Origin: an uncultured Christensenella sp.
Lineage (GTDB): Bacteria; Bacillota; Clostridia; Christensenellales; UBA1242
NCBI GenBank assembly: GCA_964434265.1
Contig: CAYSUK010000005.1
Span: 12,914-76,913, forward strand
DNA: 64,000 nt
Reading direction: 5' to 3'
The position numbers and the translations under genes are program-made. Under the pieces are notes generated by a model. It was not told where the DNA came from. It saw only the letters and a list, made by a program, of their open reading frames with translations, and ran no database searches. How positions within the stretch are numbered: position 1 is the stretch's first letter; each line of letters begins with the position of its first letter. Of the stretch, positions 55,726 to 64,000 are shown in pieces.

Positions 55726-57489
55726 ATGAAAAATCGAAACGCTATTGATAAAAAATACAAATGGGATTTGACACACATCTATGCGACGGTTGAGGATTTA
55801 AGAGCAGATATGAAAAAAGTCGAAGACATGCTATTAGATGCACCCAAATATAAAGGCAAACTCTCTAAAAGAAATATACTACTAGACTTTTTCAAATATC
55901 AAGACGATATGGGAATGCGACTTGAAAAAATATGTGGTTATGCATATTTGCTTCGCTCGGAAGACATGAGTAAGTCAAACAGCATAAGTCTATATAACGA
56001 TGTCGAATATTTAAGCGAGTGCGTAAACAAAACGTTTGCATGGGTAGACTCCGAACTTGCGACAATTTCCGACAAAAACCTTGAAAAACTTATAGCCGAC
56101 AAGGATTTTGCTGACCACCGTCTTGACCTAATGGAAGTCAAACGTCATCGCAAACACACTCTCAGTGAGAGTGAAGAACTCATTATGTCCAAAGTTAGTA
56201 GTTTTGCTGGCGGGTTTAGTAAGATATTTGACAATATTGACGTCGTGAATATACGATTTGATGATATTGTAATAGACGATAAACATTTGCCACTAAATAC
56301 GGCAAACTTTATTGGTTATTTGCAAAATTCCAATCGAGAAATACGTCGCCAAGCCTTTTTAAATGTGTATAAAGGATACAATTCGCTAGGCGAAACTATT
56401 ACGGCTACACTTACTAGTAGTATCAAAGCTGACGAAACGTATAGCAATATTTTCCATTATGAAGACACTTTGTCCCAAGCTTTGTATGGTGACAATCTTC
56501 CACGTGAAATATTTACAAATCTTATCGACAATGTAAATAAAAATCTCAAGTATTTACACAAATACAATTCCATTAAGAAAAAGATTTTGGGTTTTGATAA
56601 AATGTACACATACGACCTAAATGCACCTATCGGCAAGTGGACGCGTAAACTTGATTATGAAACAATGAAGGAGACGGTGTTGCTTGCTCTTGCACCTATG
56701 GGAGATGAGTATGTTAAAAATATTCGCACGGCACTCGACAACAATTGGATTGACGTCTATCCTACACCAAATAAAGACACTGGTGGATACAACTTGGGTG
56801 TATATGGTGTGCACTCGTATATTATGCTAAATAATGTCGGCACAATCGACTGCATGTTTACACTTGCGCACGAACTTGGCCATGCCATGCACCACTTGTA
56901 CAGCATGCAAAACCAACCATATCCTACTAGCGACAATGATATATTTACAGCGGAGATTGCGAGCACGGTAAACGAAGTTTTGCTTATGAAATACTTGTAT
57001 TCGACATGCACTAAAAAAGATGAAAAATTATTTATACTAGACAGATTTGTAAATACCATTGTCGGCACGCTATACAATCAAACAATGTACAGCGAGTGGG
57101 AATATTGGCTCCACACCAAGATAGCCAAAGGCGAGAGCGTGACAAAAGACATGCTAAACGATAAGTGGTTTGAGTTAAATAAAAAATATTCGGGTTCTGC
57201 CATAACTTTCATTAAAGAAAATGGTTATAAATGGTATCGAATAAGCCACTTTTATCGTGCATACTACGTGTTTAAATATGCTACTGGCATTACTAGTGCA
57301 TGTAGTATTGCAAACGATGTTTTGGCTGGCAAAACTGAGAAGTATTTAGCATTTTTAAAAAGTGGCGATAGCGACTATCCAAACGAAATACTTAGACGTA
57401 CGGGAGTTGATTTATTAAAATCGACGCCATATGACACAATATTTGCCGAACTTAACTGGGCACTTAAAGAAATGGAGAAACTAATATAG
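55726..57489 (+). CDS. pepF: oligoendopeptidase F (M3B family)
   Basis: Contains KWDLTHIY, the zinc motif TLAHELGHAMHH, and EIASTVNE. Confidence 0.92.
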   Translation: MKNRNAIDKKYKWDLTHIYATVEDLRADMKKVEDMLLDAPKYKGKLSKRNILLDFFKYQDDMGMRLEKICGYAYLLRSEDMSKSNSISLYNDVEYLSECVNKTFAWVDSELATISDKNLEKLIADKDFADHRLDLMEVKRHRKHTLSESEELIMSKVSSFAGGFSKIFDNIDVVNIRFDDIVIDDKHLPLNTANFIGYLQNSNREIRRQAFLNVYKGYNSLGETITATLTSSIKADETYSNIFHYEDTLSQALYGDNLPREIFTNLIDNVNKNLKYLHKYNSIKKKILGFDKMYTYDLNAPIGKWTRKLDYETMKETVLLALAPMGDEYVKNIRTALDNNWIDVYPTPNKDTGGYNLGVYGVHSYIMLNNVGTIDCMFTLAHELGHAMHHLYSMQNQPYPTSDNDIFTAEIASTVNEVLLMKYLYSTCTKKDEKLFILDRFVNTIVGTLYNQTMYSEWEYWLHTKIAKGESVTKDMLNDKWFELNKKYSGSAITFIKENGYKWYRISHFYRAYYVFKYATGITSACSIANDVLAGKTEKYLAFLKSGDSDYPNEILRRTGVDLLKSTPYDTIFAELNWALKEMEKLI

Positions 57490-57579
57490 GGCGAAAGTCC
57501 TATATTTTTTTTAAAACATTGTTCTTTGGTTTGAATAAATCAAATATTTGTTATATAATAAATACAGAAGGGGGAGAAT

Positions 57580-58251
57580 ATGCACGGAAAACTAATTGTT
57601 ATTGAAGGGACAGATTGTAGCGGGAAAGAGACACAAAGTAATTTGCTACTTAAAAAACTTACTGATGAAAACATAACTGTTTATAAATCGCAATGCCCGT
57701 TTTATGATAGTCCTACTGGCAAGATAATTGCTGGACCATATTTGGGCAAGGAAAACTACTGTGAGTCGTATTTTGAAGAAGGTGCATCTAAGGTAGACCC
57801 TAAAGTTGCAGGGCTATATTATTCAGCTGATAGAAAGTACAACATACATAAAGTCGAAGAGCATTTAAAAACAGGCCATGTGCTACTTGATAGATATGTC
57901 GATTCAAATATGGCGCATCAGGGCGGAAGCATAAACAACAAGAAAGAACGTCACAAAATGTATAAGTTTTTTGAAAAACTCGAATACGGACTACTTGGAC
58001 TTCCACGAGCTGATATTAGGGTGTTACTTTATATGCCAGTCGAGTATTCAAGGATTCTTAGACAAAACCGCAAAGAGAAAATGGACGGGATTGAGAGTGA
58101 CGAAAATAGTTTACTAAATGCTGAACGTGCATATTTGGAGATTGCAAAACGTAACCGATATAAGATTATAAACTGTGTTAAAGACGGCAAAATCCGCTCT
58201 ATTGAAGAAATAAACGAAGATTTGTATAAATACGTAAAGGAAAAATTGTAA
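57580..58251 (+). CDS. tmk: thymidylate kinase-like
   Basis: Contains the P-loop LIVIEGTDCSGKETQ, ADRKY, LLDRYVDSNMAHQGG, and a lid region. Confidence 0.8.
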   Translation: MHGKLIVIEGTDCSGKETQSNLLLKKLTDENITVYKSQCPFYDSPTGKIIAGPYLGKENYCESYFEEGASKVDPKVAGLYYSADRKYNIHKVEEHLKTGHVLLDRYVDSNMAHQGGSINNKKERHKMYKFFEKLEYGLLGLPRADIRVLLYMPVEYSRILRQNRKEKMDGIESDENSLLNAERAYLEIAKRNRYKIINCVKDGKIRSIEEINEDLYKYVKEKL

Positions 58252-59300
58252 TGTCAGAGAATGAAAGAAAATTAAAAATTGGTGTCGTTGGATCAGGTTC
58301 GATGGGTCGAACATTATCACTATGCTTGACAAATGCTGGTTATGATGTTGAGATGACGACAAAACTTATTGACGACATGGTCATTGATAATATGGTGAAT
58401 GTCGAGATTTGTGGTGCATTTGGTGAGAAAAGTGTGCTTGTTCCGTATGTGCTTTCAAATAAGTTTACATCACAAAAAGATATTATTTTTATAATGACAA
58501 AATCGTTTAAGGTCAAGGACGCACTTACTGACACTCTCCAATATTTGAAAGAAGACGGAATAGTTGTTGGAATACAAAACGTGTTAAATCTCGAAGAGTT
58601 TTTCTCGGTTATTCCAAGTAGTAGATACGTAAGTCTAGTAGCCGATTGGAGTGCATTTAGATATGTTGACCGCAAACTTGTTATTATAAATCATGACGGA
58701 CTAAATCATATTGGGGTGCTAAATCCAAAAGCCAAAGTATTCTTGCCGATTGTTAAAAAACTTATGGATACAGTGGCTGAGACAGTGGTAGAAGACGACA
58801 TGCTTGACTTTATATGGAGCAAATTTATTTTGACATCTATGACATCAAGTTTAGGCGCTCTTACTGGTTATAACTTGGCACATATTCTAAATACAAAAGA
58901 AGGGAAAAAACTTTATCTAAATCTTATAAAAGAAGAGATTATTGTGGCCGAAGCCATGCTCAAACACAGAGTTAGTGGCTACAACTTTGCTTTTGACTAT
59001 TACAAATTTGTCGAAGAAAGTGTGTCAGGACTTTTGTATCGTTCGACGATGTTTAGAAGACTCATAAATCAAAACCACAACACTGTATCATCAGTGCTTC
59101 GTCATCTTGAAAACAATCGTCCGACCGAACTTGATTGCATTATCAAACGCGTTGTGAAGATTGCGAAAGAAAACAATCTTGTAGTGCCATATTGTACCCA
59201 ACTTGCTATTGTTCTTGACGAGATAGCATGTGGAGAGCGAAGTATTATTATGGACAATATAAATGACGACAGACTTAAAAACCCAATGAAATATATGTAG
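58251..59300 (+). CDS. ketopantoate reductase (ApbA/PanE) family oxidoreductase
   Basis: Rossmann motif KIGVVGSGSMGRTLS and a size of ~349 aa. It is TAATG-coupled to tmk. Confidence 0.6.
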   Translation: MSENERKLKIGVVGSGSMGRTLSLCLTNAGYDVEMTTKLIDDMVIDNMVNVEICGAFGEKSVLVPYVLSNKFTSQKDIIFIMTKSFKVKDALTDTLQYLKEDGIVVGIQNVLNLEEFFSVIPSSRYVSLVADWSAFRYVDRKLVIINHDGLNHIGVLNPKAKVFLPIVKKLMDTVAETVVEDDMLDFIWSKFILTSMTSSLGALTGYNLAHILNTKEGKKLYLNLIKEEIIVAEAMLKHRVSGYNFAFDYYKFVEESVSGLLYRSTMFRRLINQNHNTVSSVLRHLENNRPTELDCIIKRVVKIAKENNLVVPYCTQLAIVLDEIACGERSIIMDNINDDRLKNPMKYM

Positions 59301-59309
59301 GAGTAAATT

Positions 59310-59732
59310 ATGATAATTGAAGAAATAAAAAAGGCAAACATACAAGCATTAAAAGACCGCGACCAAAACTTGCGTTCGGTGTATAGCGTGCTTATAAACA
59401 AACATATGCAAGCGGTAGTAAATGCACGTGCAAACGGCAGTGAAGTAACCGATGTCGATATGGTTAAAATCATTCAAAAAACAATAAAAGAACTTGACGA
59501 AGAAGCCGAAAACTACAAAAAGGTCGGCAATATGACCGAGTATGAAAATATTGGACTTCAAAAACAAGCGATAGAAAAATACTTGCCAAAGATGTTGAGC
59601 GAAGACGAAATAAGAGCGATAATAATGACTCTTGACGACAAAACAGTGCCTAGTGTTATGCGTCACTTCAAGACAAACTACAATGGCAAATGCGAAATGA
59701 AAACAGTGAGTGATGTATTAAAATCATTATAA
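59310..59732 (+). CDS. yqeY: GatB/YqeY domain protein
   Basis: Contains IKKANIQALKDRDQNLRSVYSVL and EYENIGLQKQAIEKYLPKMLSEDEI. Confidence 0.82.
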   Translation: MIIEEIKKANIQALKDRDQNLRSVYSVLINKHMQAVVNARANGSEVTDVDMVKIIQKTIKELDEEAENYKKVGNMTEYENIGLQKQAIEKYLPKMLSEDEIRAIIMTLDDKTVPSVMRHFKTNYNGKCEMKTVSDVLKSL

Positions 59733-59741
59733 AGGACGTAT

Positions 59742-60575
59742 ATGAAAACAAAAGAAAACAAATTTGTTAAGTGGATAAAATCCATTTCGTATGCGATATT
59801 GCCGTTTTTGATTTGGGTGGTGCTTCAAGCACTTGCATGGGGCGGAAACCAACTTATCTACACTCCCGGAGTAAATCATCCTTGGCTGTCCATAGATAAA
59901 GTTATTCCGACAGTGAGTTGGTTTGTGTACTTTTATTATCTCACTTTCCCAGTAGGGCTTCTTGCATATTTTTATAGCGCAAGCGTAAATAGAAAACGTA
60001 CATATGAAATAGCAGTCACACTTTGGATTATGACATTTATAAGTGGACTATTTTACTATTTTTATCCTACTGAAATGATAAAACCAATAGATACATACGA
60101 AGTAAAGACGCTTGCTGATCGTCTTTTGGTTATGACATGGAAAACGGGTAACCCAAACTGTTGTCTTCCATCTGGTCACTGCATGATGGCACTAGGCTCG
60201 TTTTTATGTGTGTATGACCAAAAAGATGTCAAATGGTGGGTAAGAGTATTTATATCGTTTAGTGCAATTATGACTTTTCTAGCAACTCTTTTCTGTCGCC
60301 AACATTATATTCTTGACTGTATTACGACACTTGTTATTATGCTTACTGCATATATTATTGTTAGGCTTTGTAAGGTCGGCGAAAAGATGGAAAATCGATA
60401 TTGCAAAAAGGTATTTGCTGGTGCAGAAAAACCATCTTCAGATTCTGACATCAAAACCGAACTTATAGACTATATCCAAAATAAAAACAAATCTGACAAT
60501 ACACTTAGTCAAGAAGACCAAAACAATATAGTACAAAATATAGATATTACAAATGAAGACAAATCCGAGTCATAA
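59742..60575 (+). CDS. PAP2-superfamily membrane protein of the PAP2_C / sphingomyelin-synthase-like type
   Basis: About six TM segments, with CCLPSGHCMMALGS and RQHYILDC (SGH ... HYxxD). Confidence 0.6.
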   Translation: MKTKENKFVKWIKSISYAILPFLIWVVLQALAWGGNQLIYTPGVNHPWLSIDKVIPTVSWFVYFYYLTFPVGLLAYFYSASVNRKRTYEIAVTLWIMTFISGLFYYFYPTEMIKPIDTYEVKTLADRLLVMTWKTGNPNCCLPSGHCMMALGSFLCVYDQKDVKWWVRVFISFSAIMTFLATLFCRQHYILDCITTLVIMLTAYIIVRLCKVGEKMENRYCKKVFAGAEKPSSDSDIKTELIDYIQNKNKSDNTLSQEDQNNIVQNIDITNEDKSES

Positions 60576-60714
60576 CTGGCACGGATTTGTTTGTTTTGTA
60601 AATGATAAATATATTTACAATTTTGAACATATGTCTAAAAAGTTGTGGTTGTTTGTAATTGCAATTATATATATAATGTGATAGAATTTGTTAGTAAAAA
60701 TAAGGGGGATAAAA

Positions 60715-63423
60715 ATGCTCGAACTTAAAAATATATGTAAAGATTATGTAATGCAAGACGAGACGGTAAATGCTCTTATTGATGTCAGCATTGCATTTAG
60801 GGAAAAAGAATTTGTTTCTATCCTTGGTCATAGTGGTTGTGGCAAGACGACGCTTTTAAATATTGTGGGCGGGCTTGACAAATACACTTCTGGCGACCTT
60901 GTTATAAATGGTATAAGCACAAAGGATTATAAGGATAAAGACTGGGATATATATCGAAATCATCGCATAGGATTTGTTTTTCAAAGTTATAATCTTATTC
61001 CGCACCTAAATATTCTTGAAAATGTCGAACTTGCATTGACGCTATCGGGTATTGGTAAGGACGAACGACGACGTCGTGCGACCGAAGTGCTAGAAAAGGT
61101 TGGGCTATCAGGCAAACTCAAAAATAAGCCAAATCAACTTTCTGGTGGGCAAATGCAACGTGTTGCGATAGCGCGTGCGCTTGTAAATGACCCTGACATA
61201 ATTCTTGCCGATGAGCCGACGGGTGCGCTTGACAGCAAAACTAGTGTGCAAATAATGGAGATACTAAAAGAAGTATCCAAAGACAAACTTATTATCATGG
61301 TTACACACAATCCCGAACTTGCTGAAAAGTACTCGTCACGTATTATTCGTCTTAAGGACGGAAGGCTGCTTGATGATAGCGACCCATATACAGTAGAGAA
61401 AGTCGAGACTGAGCCAGTGGAAACTACTATCGAAAAGTCTGTGGACACAAAGCATAAGAAAAAGTCTAAAAAACAAGCCGACCGCACAAAGATGTCGTTT
61501 TTCACAGCACTGTCGCTTAGTTTTAAAAACCTACTTACTAAAAAAGCACGTACATTTTTGGTCTCGTTTGCTGGTAGTATTGGCATTATCGGAATTGCAC
61601 TTATTTTGTCGCTGTCGAGCGGTTTTCAAGCATACATAAATAAGACGCAAGAAGATACACTTAGCAATTATCCTATCACTATCAGTCGTACAAACTCAGA
61701 TGCTCTTTCTATTATGCAGTCGATGTTTGATGTCAAGAACAAGGCCGAACACGACGACGATGCTGTTTATGCCGGCGATACTATGTCGGGCATATTTGAG
61801 AAAGCTGCCAATCAAATGGCGAGTGCAAATGACCTTGATTCGTTTAAGGAGTACATTGAGTCAAACAAAGACAAAATCGAACCATATATCACTGCAATTC
61901 AATACACATATGACCTAAGCCTTGGCACAAACAGCGGGTTTATGAGCAGTATGATGGGCAGTGGAAGCCAAACAAGCGAAACACCACTACTCGAAGTCAA
62001 ACTTAGCAATGGTACAGCTGTCAAACCTGATTCGAGTGCACTATTTGATATGATACTTATGTATGCGGGACGTTATCTTGAAAATGAATTTAAGATAGAC
62101 ACTGTGTACAATGCTGATAGCTTTACACTTATCAAAACTGAACAAATGACCGAAGCGACTGTTCCATTTTTGAGTAAATACATTCCAGTAGATAAAATGC
62201 AACAACTTGATACAGAAGGTCAAACATCAGTTACGATTGATGAGTTTGTAAATATTATTCAAGGAGAGTTAAAATTCCCTATAAATAGTTATCGTAGTTT
62301 TGACTTTGGCTTGTTTACTGAGATGATAGACAATCAAAAACTAATTGAGAGCCAATATGACTTATTAGGTGGCAGTCGTTGGGCGACAGAGTCAGACGAA
62401 GTTGTGCTTGTGCTTGATGACCAAAACGAACTTGACGACTACATACTTTATGCGCTTGGACTTATAAATGGCGATGAGATGTACGAACATATGGATAGTT
62501 TGTTTAGTGAAAATAAGACTACTATCAAAATCGACTATGACAAGGTGTTAGGCAAGGAGTATAAGGTACTACTAAACACTGACTATTTTGTTGATATCGA
62601 CGGAATACTTACTGACATACGCACACTTAAAGAGAGTGACCCTGCTACTTACAATGAAAAATACAATGCATTGCTTAGCGACCCAAATATCGGTAAAACA
62701 CTCAAAATTGTGGGTATTGCTAGACTAAACAACGACTCGACTTCGGGTCCACTTTCAAATGGTCTAAATTATACAAGCAAACTTACTTCCGAACTGCTTA
62801 CTTATTACAATTCGTCTAGAGCAGTAACTGAAGGCAAAACAAGTGCTATTAGTCTTACTCCTGCAAGTATTAATTTCTATGCTAGTAGTTTTGATGCGAA
62901 AGATGGAATAGAAAAATTTATATCAGACTACAATGCACAAGTTGATGACGAAAGTAAAGAGATAGAATATACAGACTATATCGGACTTATTATGAGTAGT
63001 GTAGGTACTATTATTACTGCTATCACATATGTACTTATTGCATTTGTATCTATCTCGCTTATAGTATCAAGCATTATGATAGGTATTATTACTTATATTT
63101 CTGTGCTTGAACGTATTAAGGAGATTGGAGTACTTCGCAGTATTGGTGCATCAAAACGCGATATCAAGCGTGTATTCGTCTCCGAGTCGGCTATGATAGG
63201 ACTTGTGTCTGGCATACTTGGAATACTGGTTACACTTATACTAAATATCCCTATAAACTTGATAATTAAGCACTTTGCCGGGCTTTCTGGTGTTGCTAGT
63301 TTGCCAGTAGTTGGCGGAATAGTGCTTGTACTTATAAGCGTACTACTTACATTTATCGCAGGTCTTATTCCTGCACGTATCGCAAGTAAAAAAGACCCAG
63401 TGGTTGCACTAAGGTCAGAATAA
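60715..63423 (+). CDS. fused ABC transporter ATPase + FtsX-type permease (MacB-like) with large extracytoplasmic domain
   Basis: Contains [27 protein letters not shown] and [11 protein letters not shown], then one TM segment, a ~480-aa loop, and a C-terminal FtsX module ([19 protein letters not shown]). The start is set at ATG 60715, after an AGGGGG ribosome-binding site. Confidence 0.9.
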   Translation: MLELKNICKDYVMQDETVNALIDVSIAFREKEFVSILGHSGCGKTTLLNIVGGLDKYTSGDLVINGISTKDYKDKDWDIYRNHRIGFVFQSYNLIPHLNILENVELALTLSGIGKDERRRRATEVLEKVGLSGKLKNKPNQLSGGQMQRVAIARALVNDPDIILADEPTGALDSKTSVQIMEILKEVSKDKLIIMVTHNPELAEKYSSRIIRLKDGRLLDDSDPYTVEKVETEPVETTIEKSVDTKHKKKSKKQADRTKMSFFTALSLSFKNLLTKKARTFLVSFAGSIGIIGIALILSLSSGFQAYINKTQEDTLSNYPITISRTNSDALSIMQSMFDVKNKAEHDDDAVYAGDTMSGIFEKAANQMASANDLDSFKEYIESNKDKIEPYITAIQYTYDLSLGTNSGFMSSMMGSGSQTSETPLLEVKLSNGTAVKPDSSALFDMILMYAGRYLENEFKIDTVYNADSFTLIKTEQMTEATVPFLSKYIPVDKMQQLDTEGQTSVTIDEFVNIIQGELKFPINSYRSFDFGLFTEMIDNQKLIESQYDLLGGSRWATESDEVVLVLDDQNELDDYILYALGLINGDEMYEHMDSLFSENKTTIKIDYDKVLGKEYKVLLNTDYFVDIDGILTDIRTLKESDPATYNEKYNALLSDPNIGKTLKIVGIARLNNDSTSGPLSNGLNYTSKLTSELLTYYNSSRAVTEGKTSAISLTPASINFYASSFDAKDGIEKFISDYNAQVDDESKEIEYTDYIGLIMSSVGTIITAITYVLIAFVSISLIVSSIMIGIITYISVLERIKEIGVLRSIGASKRDIKRVFVSESAMIGLVSGILGILVTLILNIPINLIIKHFAGLSGVASLPVVGGIVLVLISVLLTFIAGLIPARIASKKDPVVALRSE

Positions 63424-63462
63424 TACTTGTATAAACTAGTTTACTGTCGTTTGATTAGTGAA

Positions 63463-63494
63463 AAACAACCCTACAATACTGTAGGGTTGTTTTG
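63463..63494. terminator. bidirectional terminator (ABC gene / YhhN-like gene)
   Basis: AACAACCCTACA / TGTAGGGTTGTT plus a T-run. Confidence 0.75.
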
Positions 63495-63497
63495 ATA

Positions 63498-64000
63498 TTA
63501 TATTAGGAATATAAACAATACAATAAAAATTTGTGCCAGATAATATGTACCCCAATTTAGAGCACGTATTGTTTTTGACTTGCGGTCGGCAAAGTAAATC
63601 AAAGACAACAATATGTCGCTTATAAAGAATAGTGTCATAGCTACTGCAAATATCCAGCGAGTATGATCAAGCACGGCGATGACAATAGAATAAGCAAACA
63701 TGACAGATAGTACTAGCGAATATTCAAAGCTTTGCCATTTAAAATCGCCCCATTTAATGCCAAAACTGTTTGAATTTGTGAATATGATTAGCGTAATAAT
63801 TATGCCCAATACAACAGCGATTGCGATAGGGATAAGGATATTGCATCTTATGCTTGTGCAAAGTGTAAGGCCTGCGAAGTACATAAAGTGGCCGATGCCA
63901 AAACTGAGCATGCCAGTGTTTAGATACAAATCTTTATCAGAAAGGTTTTGCTCCTTCAAGTCCATAAATATATCGCCAATAAGTCCGAGTATGAGCCCTG
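63498..64000 (-). CDS. YhhN-family (lysoplasmalogenase-like) membrane protein, 5' end outside window
   Basis: The frame stays open upstream of the track's ATG to the window edge (GLILGLIGDIFMDL...). The protein is polytopic, with SFGIGHFMYFAG and FISDILLS blocks. Confidence 0.6.
   Translation of the reverse strand, partial: GLILGLIGDIFMDLKEQNLSDKDLYLNTGMLSFGIGHFMYFAGLTLCTSIRCNILIPIAIAVVLGIIITLIIFTNSNSFGIKWGDFKWQSFEYSLVLSVMFAYSIVIAVLDHTRWIFAVAMTLFFISDILLSLIYFADRKSKTIRALNWGTYYLAQIFIVLFIFLI

Noticed and set aside
56496-56511. The parS-like sequence TCTTCCACGTGAAATA inside pepF.
   Set aside because: It has two mismatches at the symmetric G/C positions 2 and 15 of the consensus, lies within coding sequence and is isolated. 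It is likely a chance occurrence around a CACGTG core.

Overview
This window is the replication-origin region of an AT-rich (by eye roughly one-third G+C), low-GC Gram-positive-type (Bacillota-like) chromosome, read with the standard genetic code. At the left edge, on the minus strand, sit gyrB, a small MazG-like ORF and gyrA (gyrA runs off the window). The plus strand then carries recF-dnaA, a dnaA-dnaN spacer with three 8/9 DnaA boxes and an AT-rich stretch (candidate oriC), dnaN, two overlapping GNAT-like paralogs, rpmH-rnpA-yidD-yidC-jag and mnmE-(dCMP deaminase)-mnmG. Next comes a ~650-bp noncoding spacer with seven copies of the parS palindrome TGTTTCACGTGAAACA; an eighth copy abuts the rsmG stop codon. 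This is followed by rsmG-parA-parB, cvpA, yyaC and ftsH. The remaining ~40 kb mixes housekeeping genes (galU-like, cls, serS, lemA, degV, radC, pepF, tmk, yqeY, a MacB-type ABC transporter) with uncharacterised genes. I saw no rRNA, tRNA, CRISPR array, cas gene, integrase or intact transposase. The best candidates for something new are: (1) a plus-strand three-gene module at 27.6-37.5 kb, made of a catalytically dead HUH/Y1-transposase-like HTH protein preceded by 15-bp direct repeats, a membrane-anchored 291-aa protein and a 2698-aa membrane-anchored repeat giant ending in Listeria-Bacteroides-type repeats; (2) the dense parS array; (3) a diadenylate-cyclase-fold protein with degenerate catalytic motifs next to cls; (4) a mosaic collagen-like protein with a C-terminal globular head; (5) a thymidine kinase-RdgB/Ham1 fusion; (6) the GNAT-like pair between dnaN and rpmH. 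All functional calls rest on motif recognition by eye. No database search, HMM scan or structure prediction was run.
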